DNA from: an uncultured Actinomycetota bacterium
Lineage (GTDB): Bacteria; Actinomycetota; Actinomycetes; CAVWCF01
Assembly: GCA_963753435.1 (NCBI GenBank)
Contig: CAVWCF010000001.1
Location: 384,001 to 448,000, forward strand
Reading direction: 5' to 3'
Length of the DNA: 64,000 nt
Positions 31,424 through 41,279 of this stretch are shown here, one piece after another (position 1 is the first letter of the stretch; each line of letters opens with the position of its first letter). The translations under genes were made by a program, and so were the position numbers. Below the pieces are notes generated by a model. It saw nothing but the letters and a program-made list of their open reading frames with translations. It searched no databases and was not told where the DNA came from.

Positions 31424-31951
31424 TCAGGTGGCCGGGGGCTGGGTGTCGGCCTCGAACGGTTCCGGCCAGGCTGCGTGCCCGGCGAGCCGGAACCAGCGAA
31501 CTGAACGCGTTCGACGCAACCGTTGAGCGGCCGCCACGGCATCGTTGTGGAACCGGTGTGCGTAGACGGCGCGCTCCGCAGCCCGGTTCACCTCACGCAC
31601 CAGGGCCTCACCCACCGGGTCACCGGTCACCTCGCTGCCGACGTCGGCGTCATCGAAGATGGCGCGCAGCACCTGGGACAGGTCGCTCTCGGCCGCCGCC
31701 CGCGACGCGTCGTCGGCGTTGATGGCTTGCTGAGCGGCGTCAGCCAGGACCACGGTTGTGGCCGGGTCCAGCCGGTTGGACGCAGCCAACTCCAATGCCG
31801 CGGTCGCGCGGCGCAGTAGTTGCGCCTCCAACGCCTGCCGGGCTGCGTCCAGGCGCAAGTGCAGTCGATCCATGCGCCCGGCCCGGTTCTGCAGCAGCAG
31901 GCCGACCACCGCGACAGCGGCGAGCAGGAGCAGCCAGGCTGCGGAGTTCAC
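31424..31951 (-). CDS. conserved membrane-anchored helical protein (LemA-like, typical downstream of pimA)
   Basis: N-terminal [28 protein letters not shown] 31951 overlaps the pimA stop. Confidence 0.75.
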   Translation of the reverse strand: MNSAAWLLLLAAVAVVGLLLQNRAGRMDRLHLRLDAARQALEAQLLRRATAALELAASNRLDPATTVVLADAAQQAINADDASRAAAESDLSQVLRAIFDDADVGSEVTGDPVGEALVREVNRAAERAVYAHRFHNDAVAAAQRLRRTRSVRWFRLAGHAAWPEPFEADTQPPAT

Positions 31952-33123
31952 GAGGTGCCTCGGATCCGGCGATAGAACAGCAACGGTTGCCCCCGGGAGT
32001 CCTCGACGACCGGATGGCCGGGCGTTACGACCGTGTCGTAAACGGCTTCGATCCGGGCCGCGATTCGGGTCCAGTCGTACTGCTGGACCACCGCCCCCGC
32101 TTCCTGGGCCAAGGCGGCTCGAGCCGTCGGGTCGCGAAGCAACTCGATCAGTGCCACCGCCAGCGCCGCCGAATCCCCCACCGGCGCGAGGCGTCCGGCG
32201 GCGCCGTCGTTCAGGACGAGCCGGAATGCCTCGATGTCCGAGGCGCACACGGTGGCTCCAGCCGCCATCGCCTCCAGGAGGATGATCCCGAAGGACTCTC
32301 CGCCCTTGTTCGGGGCGACATAGACGTCAACCGATGCCAGGAGCGCGGCTTTGTCCGTTTCGGAGACCAGACCGAGGTATTCGATTCGCTCCCGCAAATG
32401 CGGGGCAACCGACCCGAATGCCTCCTCCGGGTCCCCCGGTCCGGCGACCAAGAGTTGAACGTCGGGGATCTCCTGCTGGATGCGCGGAAGGGCGTCCAGG
32501 AGCACCGACAGGCCCTTGCGAGGCTCATCGATTCGACCCAGAAAGCCGAGCCGATTACCGATCCCGCGGCCGTGCCCGGGAAGCGGGGCGGCATCCGCGT
32601 AGTGGCTCACCGTCACGCCGTTCGGGATCAAGACCGCATCTCCGCCGACGTTCTCCACGAGCGTCTCGCGAGCCCGATCGCTGACCGCGATGCGGGCCCG
32701 GATCTTGTCCATCGGCCCGTCCAGATAGGGGGCGGCAGCGGAGTAGGCGCGTGACCGTTCCGCGGACATGTGGAAGGTGCCGACGATGGGACCGAGCGCG
32801 GCGTAGCAGGCCAGCAGCGTGACGCTCGGCGACATGGGCTCGTGCAGGTGCAGCACGTCGAACTCACCATCGCGAATCCAGCGGCGCACGCGGGCCGCCG
32901 GGCGTGGACCAAGCGCGATTCGGGCAACCGAACCGTTGTATGGCAGCCCCAGCGATCTACCCGCCGGAACCAGGTATTCGGGCAAGTCCGCATCCGGGTC
33001 AGCAGGGGCCAGGACTGACACCTCGTGGCCGAACTGCTGCAGGTGTTCAGCCAGATCGCGGATGTGTGCCTGGACACCGCCCGGCGTCGACCAGTCGTAG
33101 GGGCAGACCAGCCCGACCCTCAT
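31948..33123 (-). CDS. pimA: phosphatidyl-myo-inositol mannosyltransferase (GT4)
   Basis: VCPYDW..PGGVQAH, PYNGSVAR, HLHEP, EPRKG, GESFGIILLEAMA; pgsA-patA-pimA synteny. Confidence 0.93.
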   Translation of the reverse strand: MRVGLVCPYDWSTPGGVQAHIRDLAEHLQQFGHEVSVLAPADPDADLPEYLVPAGRSLGLPYNGSVARIALGPRPAARVRRWIRDGEFDVLHLHEPMSPSVTLLACYAALGPIVGTFHMSAERSRAYSAAAPYLDGPMDKIRARIAVSDRARETLVENVGGDAVLIPNGVTVSHYADAAPLPGHGRGIGNRLGFLGRIDEPRKGLSVLLDALPRIQQEIPDVQLLVAGPGDPEEAFGSVAPHLRERIEYLGLVSETDKAALLASVDVYVAPNKGGESFGIILLEAMAAGATVCASDIEAFRLVLNDGAAGRLAPVGDSAALAVALIELLRDPTARAALAQEAGAVVQQYDWTRIAARIEAVYDTVVTPGHPVVEDSRGQPLLFYRRIRGTS

Positions 33124-34049
33124 TCCGGACTCCCGGCCACCCCGGACGCGGAGTCGCCAACCCAGATCCGCTGCAGCATGTGCCAGTCGGCGGTGTGTGC
33201 AGCGATGTCGGCGGCGAACGCATCAGCGGTCTGCTGAACCAGGTCCTCGGTTCTTTCCTTGTCCGAAGCGTCGGGGCCCACCCGGGAACTCAACGGTTCG
33301 TGGATGCAACCCCCGAGCCCCTCGTCCTCGTACCAGAGACCGACCGGGTGCAAGGGGGCGCCGGTTGCCACGGCCAGTGCCGCCGGGCCGGGGGGCATGC
33401 GCGCCTTGCCGTCGAAGAAGTCCACCTCCACGCCGGATTTCGACAGATCCCGATCGGCCACCAGCGCAACCACCCCGCCGCTGCGCAACCGCTCCGACAA
33501 GGCGTTGAACACCGGGGTACTGCCACCGCTCAACGGCAGGATCTCCAAGCCCATCGACTCCCGGTAGGCGACGAACCGGTCGAACAGAGACTCCGGCTTC
33601 AGGCGTTCGGCCACGGACATCAGCCGACCCTCGAAGCGATCGCCGTAGGCCAGGGTGAACCACGCGCCAGCAGAATCCCAGTTGCCCATGTGCGGCAACG
33701 CCAGCACCGCGCCCTTACCGGCGCCCAGCGATTCCAGTAGGCCTTCGGCGCCGGCGGGGTGGACGCGTTCCAGGATCGTCTCCGGAGATGTGGACGGCAG
33801 CCTGAACACCTCGCACCAGTAGCGAAAGTAGCGACGCATGCCCTCACGGGTCAGTTCCTGCAGTTCGTCGGCGTCCAAGTCCGGATGAACGCGGCTGTAG
33901 TTCGAGCGGAGCCGCTGTACGCCCCGGCCGTCCCGCTCGGTGGCCCGGTCCGCGAACGAGCGGAAGAACGACAGGGCCACCGGTTCGGGCATATAGCGGA
34001 CAGCCTTCCAACCCGACGCGTAGGCGAGGTCAACCAGTGAACTGCTCAT
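33120..34049 (-). CDS. patA: phosphatidylinositol mannoside acyltransferase
   Basis: RYWCEVFRLP, LPHMGNWD, VAERLKPE, ADRDL, DWHMLQ. Confidence 0.92.
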   Translation of the reverse strand: MSSSLVDLAYASGWKAVRYMPEPVALSFFRSFADRATERDGRGVQRLRSNYSRVHPDLDADELQELTREGMRRYFRYWCEVFRLPSTSPETILERVHPAGAEGLLESLGAGKGAVLALPHMGNWDSAGAWFTLAYGDRFEGRLMSVAERLKPESLFDRFVAYRESMGLEILPLSGGSTPVFNALSERLRSGGVVALVADRDLSKSGVEVDFFDGKARMPPGPAALAVATGAPLHPVGLWYEDEGLGGCIHEPLSSRVGPDASDKERTEDLVQQTADAFAADIAAHTADWHMLQRIWVGDSASGVAGSPE

Positions 34050-34053
34050 CGGC

Positions 34054-34656
34054 TCAGCCAGCGGCCTGTCGCCGCACGTGCCAGACGCGCTGCCCGAAGG
34101 TCACCCAGGTGCCAATCGCCAGGACCCAGAGCGCGCCCGGCAACAGGTACGGGACGCCGAGCCCGAAGAAGAACGCAGCTGCGAGCAACAAGACCAGCCG
34201 CTCGGTCCGCTCAGCCAAGCCGACCGTGGCGTTCAAACCCAGACCTTCGGCGCGAGCCCGTGCGTAGGAGACCAAGAGGGCCCCGACGAGAGCAGCCAGG
34301 GCAACCGCGCTCATGGTGGTGTCGCCCTCGTTGACGTAATACAGCACGAAGGACCCAAAGACGGCCGCATCGGAGACCCGATCCAGAGTGGAGTCCAAGT
34401 AGGCGCCCCACTGGCTGGACCGCCCGGACAGCCGGGCCATCGTGCCGTCCAGTGTGTCGGAGAACACGAACAGCACCATCACCAGAACGCCGGCCACGAA
34501 CTGGCCCCGCGGGATGAACCACAGCGCGCTTGCCGACAGCCCAACAGTGCCCACGACGGTCACAGCGTCCGGCGACACTCGTGCCGCCAACAGCATGCGC
34601 GCCGGCGGGGTGAGGATGCGGTTGGCCGCCGCCTTGCTGTAGCGGCTGAACACCAT
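34054..34656 (-). CDS. pgsA: phosphatidylinositol phosphate synthase (CDP-alcohol phosphatidyltransferase)
   Basis: SDTLDGTMAR..WGAYLDSTLDR, VSYARARAE, ERTER. Start ATG 34656 after AGGAGGG. Confidence 0.93.
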   Translation of the reverse strand: MVFSRYSKAAANRILTPPARMLLAARVSPDAVTVVGTVGLSASALWFIPRGQFVAGVLVMVLFVFSDTLDGTMARLSGRSSQWGAYLDSTLDRVSDAAVFGSFVLYYVNEGDTTMSAVALAALVGALLVSYARARAEGLGLNATVGLAERTERLVLLLAAAFFFGLGVPYLLPGALWVLAIGTWVTFGQRVWHVRRQAAG

Positions 34657-34768
34657 GGCCGAATCCCTCCTCGCGGTCGCGTCAGGGTAGCGACGGATCC
34701 GTGTGTTCCCCTTGCCCCGCGCCCGGTGCGGCGCGAGGGTTTGATCAGTCGACACTAGGGAGATAGTC

Positions 34769-36907
34769 ATGGCGCAGCCCAAGGCAGGTGATGCCGGGCC
34801 GGAGGTGGACTCCCCGTCCCGGATCCGCAACGTGGTGTTGGTGGGCCATTCCTCCGCCGGCAAGACCACGTTGGTCGAGCAACTGCTCGCTGCGACCGGG
34901 ACGATCAATCGGGCCGGGCAGGTCGAGGACGGCACAACCGTGACGGACTTCGACGAGTCAGAGCACAAGCAGCAGCGGTCGGTGAACTTGGCGCTGGCCC
35001 CGATGGTCATCGACGGCATCAAGGTGAACCTGCTGGACACGCCCGGGTACGGCGACTTCGTCGGCGAGCTGCGGGCCGGACTACGCGCCGCCGACGCCGC
35101 CCTGTTCGTTGTCAGCGCGGTCGACGGAGTGGATGGGACGACGACGCTGCTGTGGGATGAGTGCGCGGCCGTCGGGATGCCCAGGGCCGTCGTGGTGACC
35201 CATCTGGACCAGCCCCGCGCCGACTTCGATGAGACCGTGGCCGTTTGCCAGCGCGTGTTCGGTGAGGGCGTGCAGCCGCTGTACCTGCCACTGGCCGGTG
35301 ATGACGACACCATTGCGGGCCTGGTGTCACTGCTCTCATTGCAGGTGATCGACTACTCATCCGGGTCGCGGGCGACGCGGGATGCCGACCCCGAACACGT
35401 CTCGCTGACAGAGTCGATCCGCAATTCCCTGATCGAAGGCATCATCGCCGAGAGCGAAGACGAGACGTTGATGGATCGCTACCTGGCTGGCGAGCCCGTC
35501 GATGTGGACACCCTCATCACCGACCTGGAGAAGGCGGTCGCACGCGGCTCCTTCCACCCCGTCATCGCCGCCTGCCCGCCCCGCGGCATCGGCCTGACCG
35601 AACTAGCCGAGGTGATCACCCGCGGTTTCCCGTCCCCACTGGAGCACCCGCTGCCGGCGGTCACGACAGTGTCCGGACAGCCGCGCGAACCGCTCTCATG
35701 TGACGTTGATGGCCCGTTGTTGGCCGAGATCGTCAAGACCACATCGGACCCGTACGTCGGCCGCTTGTCGCTGGTGCGCGTCTTCAGCGGGCGGCTCGAA
35801 CCGGAATCGATCGTCCACGTTTCCGGACACCTGGCGACGTTCGCCGGCGCCGAACGCGGGCATGACGACCACGACGAGGACGAGCGCGTCGGGACATTGT
35901 CCAGCCCGCTCGGTAAGACCCAGCGCAACGTCAGCGCCGCGATCGCCGGCGACGTCGTGGCGGTGGCCAAGCTGTCTCGAGCCGAAACCGGTGACACGTT
36001 GTCCAGCAAGGACGAACCGCTACTGATGGAACCGTGGGTGCTGCCGGATCCCTTGCTTCCGGTGGCGATCGTGGCTGCCTCCAAGGCCGACGAGGACAAG
36101 TTGAGTCAGGCACTCAAGCGACTGGTTGCTGAGGACCCGACCTTGCGCCTGGAGCGCAACGCCGAGACGCACCAACTGGTCCTTTGGACCATGGGTGAGG
36201 CGCACATCGACGTCCTCCTGTCGCGGCTGGCCGATCGGTACGGGGTGCACGTGGAGTCCGTGCCGCTGCGGGTCTCCTTGCGGGAGACCTTCGCGGCGCC
36301 CGCGACCGGCCATGGTCGCCACGTCAAGCAGTCCGGCGGTCACGGCCAGTACGCGATCTGTGAGATCGAGGTGACCCCGCTGCCGGAGGGGGGCGGTTTC
36401 GAATTCGTCGACAAGGTGGTCGGCGGGTCCGTGCCACGGCAGTTCATCCCTTCGGTGGAGAAGGGGGTCCGCGCCCAAATGGAGAAAGGGGTGTCAGCCG
36501 GTTATCCGGTGGTGGACATCCGGGTCACCCTTGTTGATGGCAAAGCACACTCGGTCGATTCCTCCGACATGGCCTTTCAGATGGCCGGGGGTTTGGCGCT
36601 GCGCGAGGCGGCCGCGGACGCGGGTGTGACGTTGCTGGAGCCGGTGGACGAGGTCGCGGTGCTGATCGATGACGAGTACGTCGGCTCGATCATGAGTGAT
36701 CTGTCCGGTCGCCGTGGACGAGTGACCGGCACCGAACCGGGCGGAAACGGCCGCAGCCTGGTGCGCGCCGACGTACCGGCCACGGAACTGAGCCGGTACG
36801 CGATCGACCTGCGGTCCATGTCGCACGGGACCGGCTCGTTCACCCGGACCTATGTGCGCCATGAGGCCATGCCCAGCCACATCGCCGCCAAACTCACCGC
36901 GGACTGA
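34769..36907 (+). CDS. fusA2: elongation factor G-like protein EF-G2
   Basis: RNVVLVGHSSAGKTT, DTPGYGDF, KQSGGHGQY, DGKAHSVDSSDMAF, variant G4 THLD. Confidence 0.93.
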   Translation: MAQPKAGDAGPEVDSPSRIRNVVLVGHSSAGKTTLVEQLLAATGTINRAGQVEDGTTVTDFDESEHKQQRSVNLALAPMVIDGIKVNLLDTPGYGDFVGELRAGLRAADAALFVVSAVDGVDGTTTLLWDECAAVGMPRAVVVTHLDQPRADFDETVAVCQRVFGEGVQPLYLPLAGDDDTIAGLVSLLSLQVIDYSSGSRATRDADPEHVSLTESIRNSLIEGIIAESEDETLMDRYLAGEPVDVDTLITDLEKAVARGSFHPVIAACPPRGIGLTELAEVITRGFPSPLEHPLPAVTTVSGQPREPLSCDVDGPLLAEIVKTTSDPYVGRLSLVRVFSGRLEPESIVHVSGHLATFAGAERGHDDHDEDERVGTLSSPLGKTQRNVSAAIAGDVVAVAKLSRAETGDTLSSKDEPLLMEPWVLPDPLLPVAIVAASKADEDKLSQALKRLVAEDPTLRLERNAETHQLVLWTMGEAHIDVLLSRLADRYGVHVESVPLRVSLRETFAAPATGHGRHVKQSGGHGQYAICEIEVTPLPEGGGFEFVDKVVGGSVPRQFIPSVEKGVRAQMEKGVSAGYPVVDIRVTLVDGKAHSVDSSDMAFQMAGGLALREAAADAGVTLLEPVDEVAVLIDDEYVGSIMSDLSGRRGRVTGTEPGGNGRSLVRADVPATELSRYAIDLRSMSHGTGSFTRTYVRHEAMPSHIAAKLTAD

Positions 36908-36942
36908 CGGCCGGTCGCCCGGGGACGGCTCGAACCAGCGGT

Positions 36943-37455
36943 TCAGCCCCAGGCTTGGGCCAGCACCCGCCGCGTGTCGGGGAGCAACTCGGGAAGCACC
37001 TTGGTCCCGCCGACGGTCGGCATGAAGTTGGTGTCGCCGTGCCAGCGAGGCACGACGTGCTGATGCAGGTGCGCCGCAATGCCGGCGCCACCGGCGCTGC
37101 CCTGGTTGACGCCCAGGTTGAAGCCCTGCGGGTTGGCGACGGCGCGTAGTACCGCCATCGCGCGTTGAGTGAACACGCCCAACTCCACCAGTTCCGGTTC
37201 GGTCAACTCGGTGAAGTCAGCGACGTGCCGGTAGGGGCAGATCATCACGTGGCCGGTGTTGTACGGGTAAAGGTTCAGCACGCAGTAGACGTGCTCGCCG
37301 CGGGCGACGACCAAGCCGTCCTCGTCGGCACCGCCAGGCGCCCGACAGAACGGGCAGCCGTCACCTGCGGCTGCGTCGGCCGGCTTGTTCTCTCCTTTGA
37401 GGTAGGCCATGCGGTGCGGCGTCCAAAGACGCTCGAACCCGGGGCCCTCGGACAT
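36943..37455 (-). CDS. HIT family protein (Ap4A phosphorylase-like)
   Basis: LWTPHRM, CPFC, LNLYPYNTGH, HLHQHVVPRW. Confidence 0.92.
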   Translation of the reverse strand: MSEGPGFERLWTPHRMAYLKGENKPADAAAGDGCPFCRAPGGADEDGLVVARGEHVYCVLNLYPYNTGHVMICPYRHVADFTELTEPELVELGVFTQRAMAVLRAVANPQGFNLGVNQGSAGGAGIAAHLHQHVVPRWHGDTNFMPTVGGTKVLPELLPDTRRVLAQAWG

Positions 37456-39461
37456 CAGACCTGCTGCCGCTGCTGGACTGCGGCGGCCATCTCGGCGATC
37501 GCATCGGCAATGGGAACCCCGTTGCGCTGCGTGCCGTCCCGGAACCGGAACGAAACCGCTCCGGCGGCGACGTCGGCGTCACCGGCAATCAGCATCCACG
37601 GCACCTTCTGCTTCTGGGCATTGCGGATCTTCTTCTGCATCCGGTCATCGGAGGAGTCGACCTCCATCCGCAACCCCAACTCGCGCAGGCGGTCCCGAAT
37701 CCCGACCAGGTACTCGACGTGCTCGTCGGTGATGGGGATCCCCATGGCCTGCACTGGTGCCAACCATGGCGGGAACGCCCCGGCATAGTGCTCGGTGAGC
37801 ACGGCGATGAAACGTTCAACAGAGCCGAAGAGCGCCCGGTGGATCATGATCGGCCGCTGCCTGGTCCCGTCAGCGGCCTGATACTGCAGGTCGAAGCGCT
37901 GGGGCAACTGGAAGTCCAGTTGGATCGTCGACATCTGCCACGTGCGGCCGATGGCGTCCTTGGCCTGCACCGAGATCTTCGGTCCGTAGAAGGCCGCGCC
38001 CCCCGGATCCGGGACAAGGTCCAGGCCGGACTCGTCAGCGGCCTGTTGCAGGGCGTCGGTGGCGGCCTCCCACTCAGCGATCTCTCCGACGTACTTCTCC
38101 TCGTTGCGGGTCGACAGTTCCAGGTAGAAGTCGGTGAGCCCGTAGTCGGTGAGCAGGTCGAGCACGAACCGCAGAGTCGACTTCAACTCGTCGACCATCT
38201 GATCGCGCGTGCAGTAGATGTGCGCGTCGTCCTGGGTCATCCCCCGGACCCGGGTCAGGCCGTGCACAACGCCGGACTTCTCGTACCGGTAGACCGAACC
38301 GAACTCGAACAGCCGCAGCGGCAGTTCGCGGTAGGAGCGACCGCGGGACGCGAAGACCAGGTTGTGGAAGGGACAGTTCATCGGCTTGAGGTAGTAGTCC
38401 TGGCCGGGCTTGCGCAGTTCCCCGTCCGGGCCGCGCTCGGCGTCCAAGTGCATCGGCGGGTACATGCCATCGGCGTACCACTGCAGGTGCCCACTGGTCT
38501 CGAACAGGGCGGCCTTGGTGATGTGCGGGGTGTACACGAACTCGTAGCCGGCGGCCTCGTGGCGAGAACGCGAGTAGTCCTCCATCGTGCGGCGCAGAAG
38601 CCCACCCCTGGGGTGGAAGACCGCAAGCCCGGATCCGATCTCGTCGGGGAAACTGAACAGGTCCAGCTCCACGCCCAGGCGGCGGTGGTCGCGACGTTCG
38701 GCCTCCTTGAGCATCTCCAGGTAGGCGCCGAGTTCCTCGGTGGACGGCCACGCCGTGCCGTAGATGCGCTGCAACTGCGGGTTGTCCTGAGACCCGCGCC
38801 AGTACGCGGCCGCCGTGCGCATCAGCGCGAACGCGGGGATGTGCTTGGTGCTTGGCAGGTGGGGGCCGCGGCACAGGTCCCCCCATTCCCGTTCCCCGGT
38901 GCGCCCATGCAAGTTGTCGTAGATGGTGAGTTCGCTGCCGCCGACCTCCATCACGTCACCGAGGTCGGTGTCGGCCGGCGCGGACTTCAGCCCGATCAGT
39001 TCCAGTTTGTACGGCTCAGCGGCCAGTTCCGCCTGTGCCTCGGCTTCGCTGACCACCCGCCGGGAGAAGCGCTGACCGGACTTGACGATCTGCTTCATGC
39101 GCTTGTCGAGGCGCTTGAGATCGTCGGGGTGGAACGGCTCCGAAACATCGAAGTCGTAGTAGAAGCCGTTCTCGATGGGCGGTCCGATGCCCAACTTTGC
39201 GTCGGGGAAGATGTCCTGAACGGCCTGCGCGAGCACGTGGGCACAGGAGTGGCGCAGCACCGCCAGACCGTCCGGCGAATCGATGGTGACGCCCTCTACG
39301 ACGTCACCCGCCGAAACCGGAGAACTCAGGTCCCGCAGTTCACCATTGACCCGCGCCACGACCACATCAGCGCGGTCCGCGAACAGGTCGGCGGCCGACG
39401 CGTCATCCGATGGCACTGGGCGGCTGTCTCCGTCAACTGTCAGCACGCCCTGCTGCGACAA
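37455..39461 (-). CDS. thrS: threonine--tRNA ligase
   Basis: [48 protein letters not shown]. Confidence 0.98.
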   Translation of the reverse strand: MSQQGVLTVDGDSRPVPSDDASAADLFADRADVVVARVNGELRDLSSPVSAGDVVEGVTIDSPDGLAVLRHSCAHVLAQAVQDIFPDAKLGIGPPIENGFYYDFDVSEPFHPDDLKRLDKRMKQIVKSGQRFSRRVVSEAEAQAELAAEPYKLELIGLKSAPADTDLGDVMEVGGSELTIYDNLHGRTGEREWGDLCRGPHLPSTKHIPAFALMRTAAAYWRGSQDNPQLQRIYGTAWPSTEELGAYLEMLKEAERRDHRRLGVELDLFSFPDEIGSGLAVFHPRGGLLRRTMEDYSRSRHEAAGYEFVYTPHITKAALFETSGHLQWYADGMYPPMHLDAERGPDGELRKPGQDYYLKPMNCPFHNLVFASRGRSYRELPLRLFEFGSVYRYEKSGVVHGLTRVRGMTQDDAHIYCTRDQMVDELKSTLRFVLDLLTDYGLTDFYLELSTRNEEKYVGEIAEWEAATDALQQAADESGLDLVPDPGGAAFYGPKISVQAKDAIGRTWQMSTIQLDFQLPQRFDLQYQAADGTRQRPIMIHRALFGSVERFIAVLTEHYAGAFPPWLAPVQAMGIPITDEHVEYLVGIRDRLRELGLRMEVDSSDDRMQKKIRNAQKQKVPWMLIAGDADVAAGAVSFRFRDGTQRNGVPIADAIAEMAAAVQQRQQV

Positions 39462-39543
39462 GCTTCCTCCCGAGTCCGCACAACTCCGCGGATGCTACCG
39501 ACTGCGGCAACACCCACGGAGCCAGCGCAGATCCGGCTGCGAA

Positions 39544-39999
39544 CTACTTGGTCCGCTTCTTGAAGGGCTTGGTGATTACGCCAAGTCCCTTGCTTACGGC
39601 CTTGGAGGCCTGGGTCGCCGCACTGTCGGACATGTGCGTGACCGCGTGGATCGCTGCGGCGTGCCGCTTCTTCATCGCGCTGGTGGCGCCCTCAGGCAAC
39701 CCGAAACCGGACAGGACCTCGAAGGAGGTGCCGCCGACGGCAACCGTGGCCTCTTCGATGGCACCAAGGCTGGACCGGTAGGCCCGCAACAGCGCGCCGG
39801 CCTTCTCCGGGGGTGCCTCGGCGACGGTCACCGGCTTGCTGGAGACGGTCGTCTTCGGCGTCGGGGCCTTCTTGGTTGCGGTCCGCTTCGGTGCCGCGGC
39901 CCGCTTCGTCGTGGTGGTCTTGCGCGGCTTGGTGGTTGATTGTGAGCGCGGCTTGGCGGCGGTCTTGCGAGTCGTCTTCTTCGCAGTCGTAGTCGCCAT
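39544..39999 (-). CDS. hypothetical protein with histone H1-like Lys/Thr/Ala-rich N-terminus
   Basis: ATG 39999 after GGGAGGTG; N-terminus TAKKTTRKTAAKPR...KRTATKKAPTPK followed by a helical Ala-rich domain. Confidence 0.8.
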   Translation of the reverse strand: MATTTAKKTTRKTAAKPRSQSTTKPRKTTTTKRAAAPKRTATKKAPTPKTTVSSKPVTVAEAPPEKAGALLRAYRSSLGAIEEATVAVGGTSFEVLSGFGLPEGATSAMKKRHAAAIHAVTHMSDSAATQASKAVSKGLGVITKPFKKRTK

Positions 40000-40125
40000 G
40001 TCGTCACCTCCCAACTGCTTGGCGGACGGTCGCTCCGTCCAACCCCTGTCTACCTTGTGAGTGAACAGTTGTCCACCCAAATTCGGGGGCCGGAAGTCCT
40101 CTCTTTGCGCATTTGGTCCCACCAC

Positions 40126-40160
40126 AAGAACCAAGAAACCGGCTCCGCAGAGCCGGTCTT
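40126..40160 (-). terminator. intrinsic terminator after tRNA-Val(CAC)
   Basis: Minus strand ACCGGCTC-TGCG-GAGCCGGT followed by TTCTTGGTTCTT. Confidence 0.7.
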
Positions 40161-40179
40161 GAGGGGAGTGTCGCGAAGG

Positions 40180-40254
40180 TGGTGGGCGATACTGGGTTCG
40201 AACCAGTGACCTCTTCGGTGTGAACGAAGCGCTCTCCCACTGAGCTAATCGCCC
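40180..40254 (-). tRNA. tRNA-Val (CAC)
   Basis: GGGCGATTAGCTCAGTGGGAGAGCGCTTCGTTCACACCGAAGAGGTCACTGGTTCGAACCCAGTATCGCCCACCA; cloverleaf with encoded CCA. Confidence 0.97.
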
Positions 40255-40290
40255 GAGCAGGCGGTGAGGCTACCCGAAACCGCCGCGGTG

Positions 40291-40728
40291 CTACTCAAAC
40301 GGCCACAGCGGAGCCAGCGTCAGGCCGTATCGGGCCAGGTACCACCACAGGAGCAGCCCGAGCAGCACCGCCGCAACCACGCTGCCCACGATGATCCGAA
40401 CCCGATTCTTGCGCCGCCACTGCGGATCCGCCGAGCGCTGCTGCATGCGATGGAACCAGTCACGCAGCGGGTGCGTGACCCGGCGGGCGAAGGCGAACTC
40501 ACTGGCCAGGATTGCCAGGCCGATGAAGATGGTGGCCCAGCCGGGGCCGGGCAGCGCCAGCATCGCCAGACCGGCGACCAGGAAGAAGCCACCGAAGACC
40601 AAGACCCCCACCCGGTAGACCGGGCGAGTGACCGGATTGCCCCGAATTCCCTCCCGCCAAGCCTCAAAACGGGCCCGCAACCCCTCGGGAGGTCGCGCCT
40701 CGGCGTCGGTCGGCTCCCCCTGTGGCAC
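40291..40728 (-). CDS. TIGR02611/PGPGW-family membrane protein
   Basis: LALPGPGWATIFIGLAILASEF; usual neighbour of ssgB and tRNA-Val. Confidence 0.88.
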   Translation of the reverse strand: MPQGEPTDAEARPPEGLRARFEAWREGIRGNPVTRPVYRVGVLVFGGFFLVAGLAMLALPGPGWATIFIGLAILASEFAFARRVTHPLRDWFHRMQQRSADPQWRRKNRVRIIVGSVVAAVLLGLLLWWYLARYGLTLAPLWPFE

Positions 40729-40804
40729 GCGTCACAGATTAGCGAGGTGTGTCGGTCCATCACTCGGGGAAGGACTGGGACAAGCCTGACCCCCGGAGGA
40801 ACCC

Positions 40805-41218
40805 ATGAGCGCATCGGCCTGGATGACGACTGAGACCCAGTTGTCTCTTGTCGTGGAACATGGCGACGCCGTCCCCGTTGACGCCGTACTGGGCTACGAC
40901 TCCGCCGACCCGTTCGCGGTGTCAGTGACGTTCCGCGTCTCCGCCGAAGAACAGGTCCGCTGGGTGTTCGCCCGCGAGCTGCTGATGGCCGGGCTGGACA
41001 ACCCGACCGGCCAGGGCGACGTGATGGTCTGGCCGGACGCGATCGACTCCGACGTCATCATCCTGTCGCTGACCACTCCGCAGGGACACGCACTCTTCGA
41101 GGCGCCCAGGTGGATCGTTCGCGACTTCGTCGAACAGTCCCTGGCCACGGTGCCGGCCGGCACCGAAGGCGACTACTTGGACTGGGACGGCACCTTGAGC
41201 ACGCTCCTCGCCACCTGA
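40805..41218 (+). CDS. ssgB: SsgA-family cell division/sporulation protein (ssgB-like position)
   Basis: YDSADPFAVSVTF, WVFARELL..GL, GQGDVMVWP, GHALFEAP, VPAGTE; SD GGAGG. Symbol rests on synteny. Confidence 0.88.
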   Translation: MSASAWMTTETQLSLVVEHGDAVPVDAVLGYDSADPFAVSVTFRVSAEEQVRWVFARELLMAGLDNPTGQGDVMVWPDAIDSDVIILSLTTPQGHALFEAPRWIVRDFVEQSLATVPAGTEGDYLDWDGTLSTLLAT

Positions 41219-41279
41219 TCCGCCCGGAAAGTCAGCAAAAGCCCTTCCCGGAAAAGCCTCGGCACACGACAATGGACTC

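Noticed and set aside
34769-36907. EF-G2 with atypical G4 motif (THLD) inserted divergently in the HIT-pgsA cluster
   Set aside because: Both the position and the degenerate motifs are usual for actinobacterial EF-G2.
40138-40163. CTCAAG-N14-GCCGGT upstream of the histone-like gene
   Set aside because: The -10 lacks the conserved A and the sequence is explained by the tRNA terminator hairpin.
40755-40780. ATCACTC half-site upstream of the ssgB-like gene as a BldD box
   Set aside because: Only half of the palindrome matches; too weak to call.
41223-41260. Short repeats CCCGGAAA and AAAAGCC between ssgB and the DsbA-like gene
   Set aside because: Too short and irregular to support a function.
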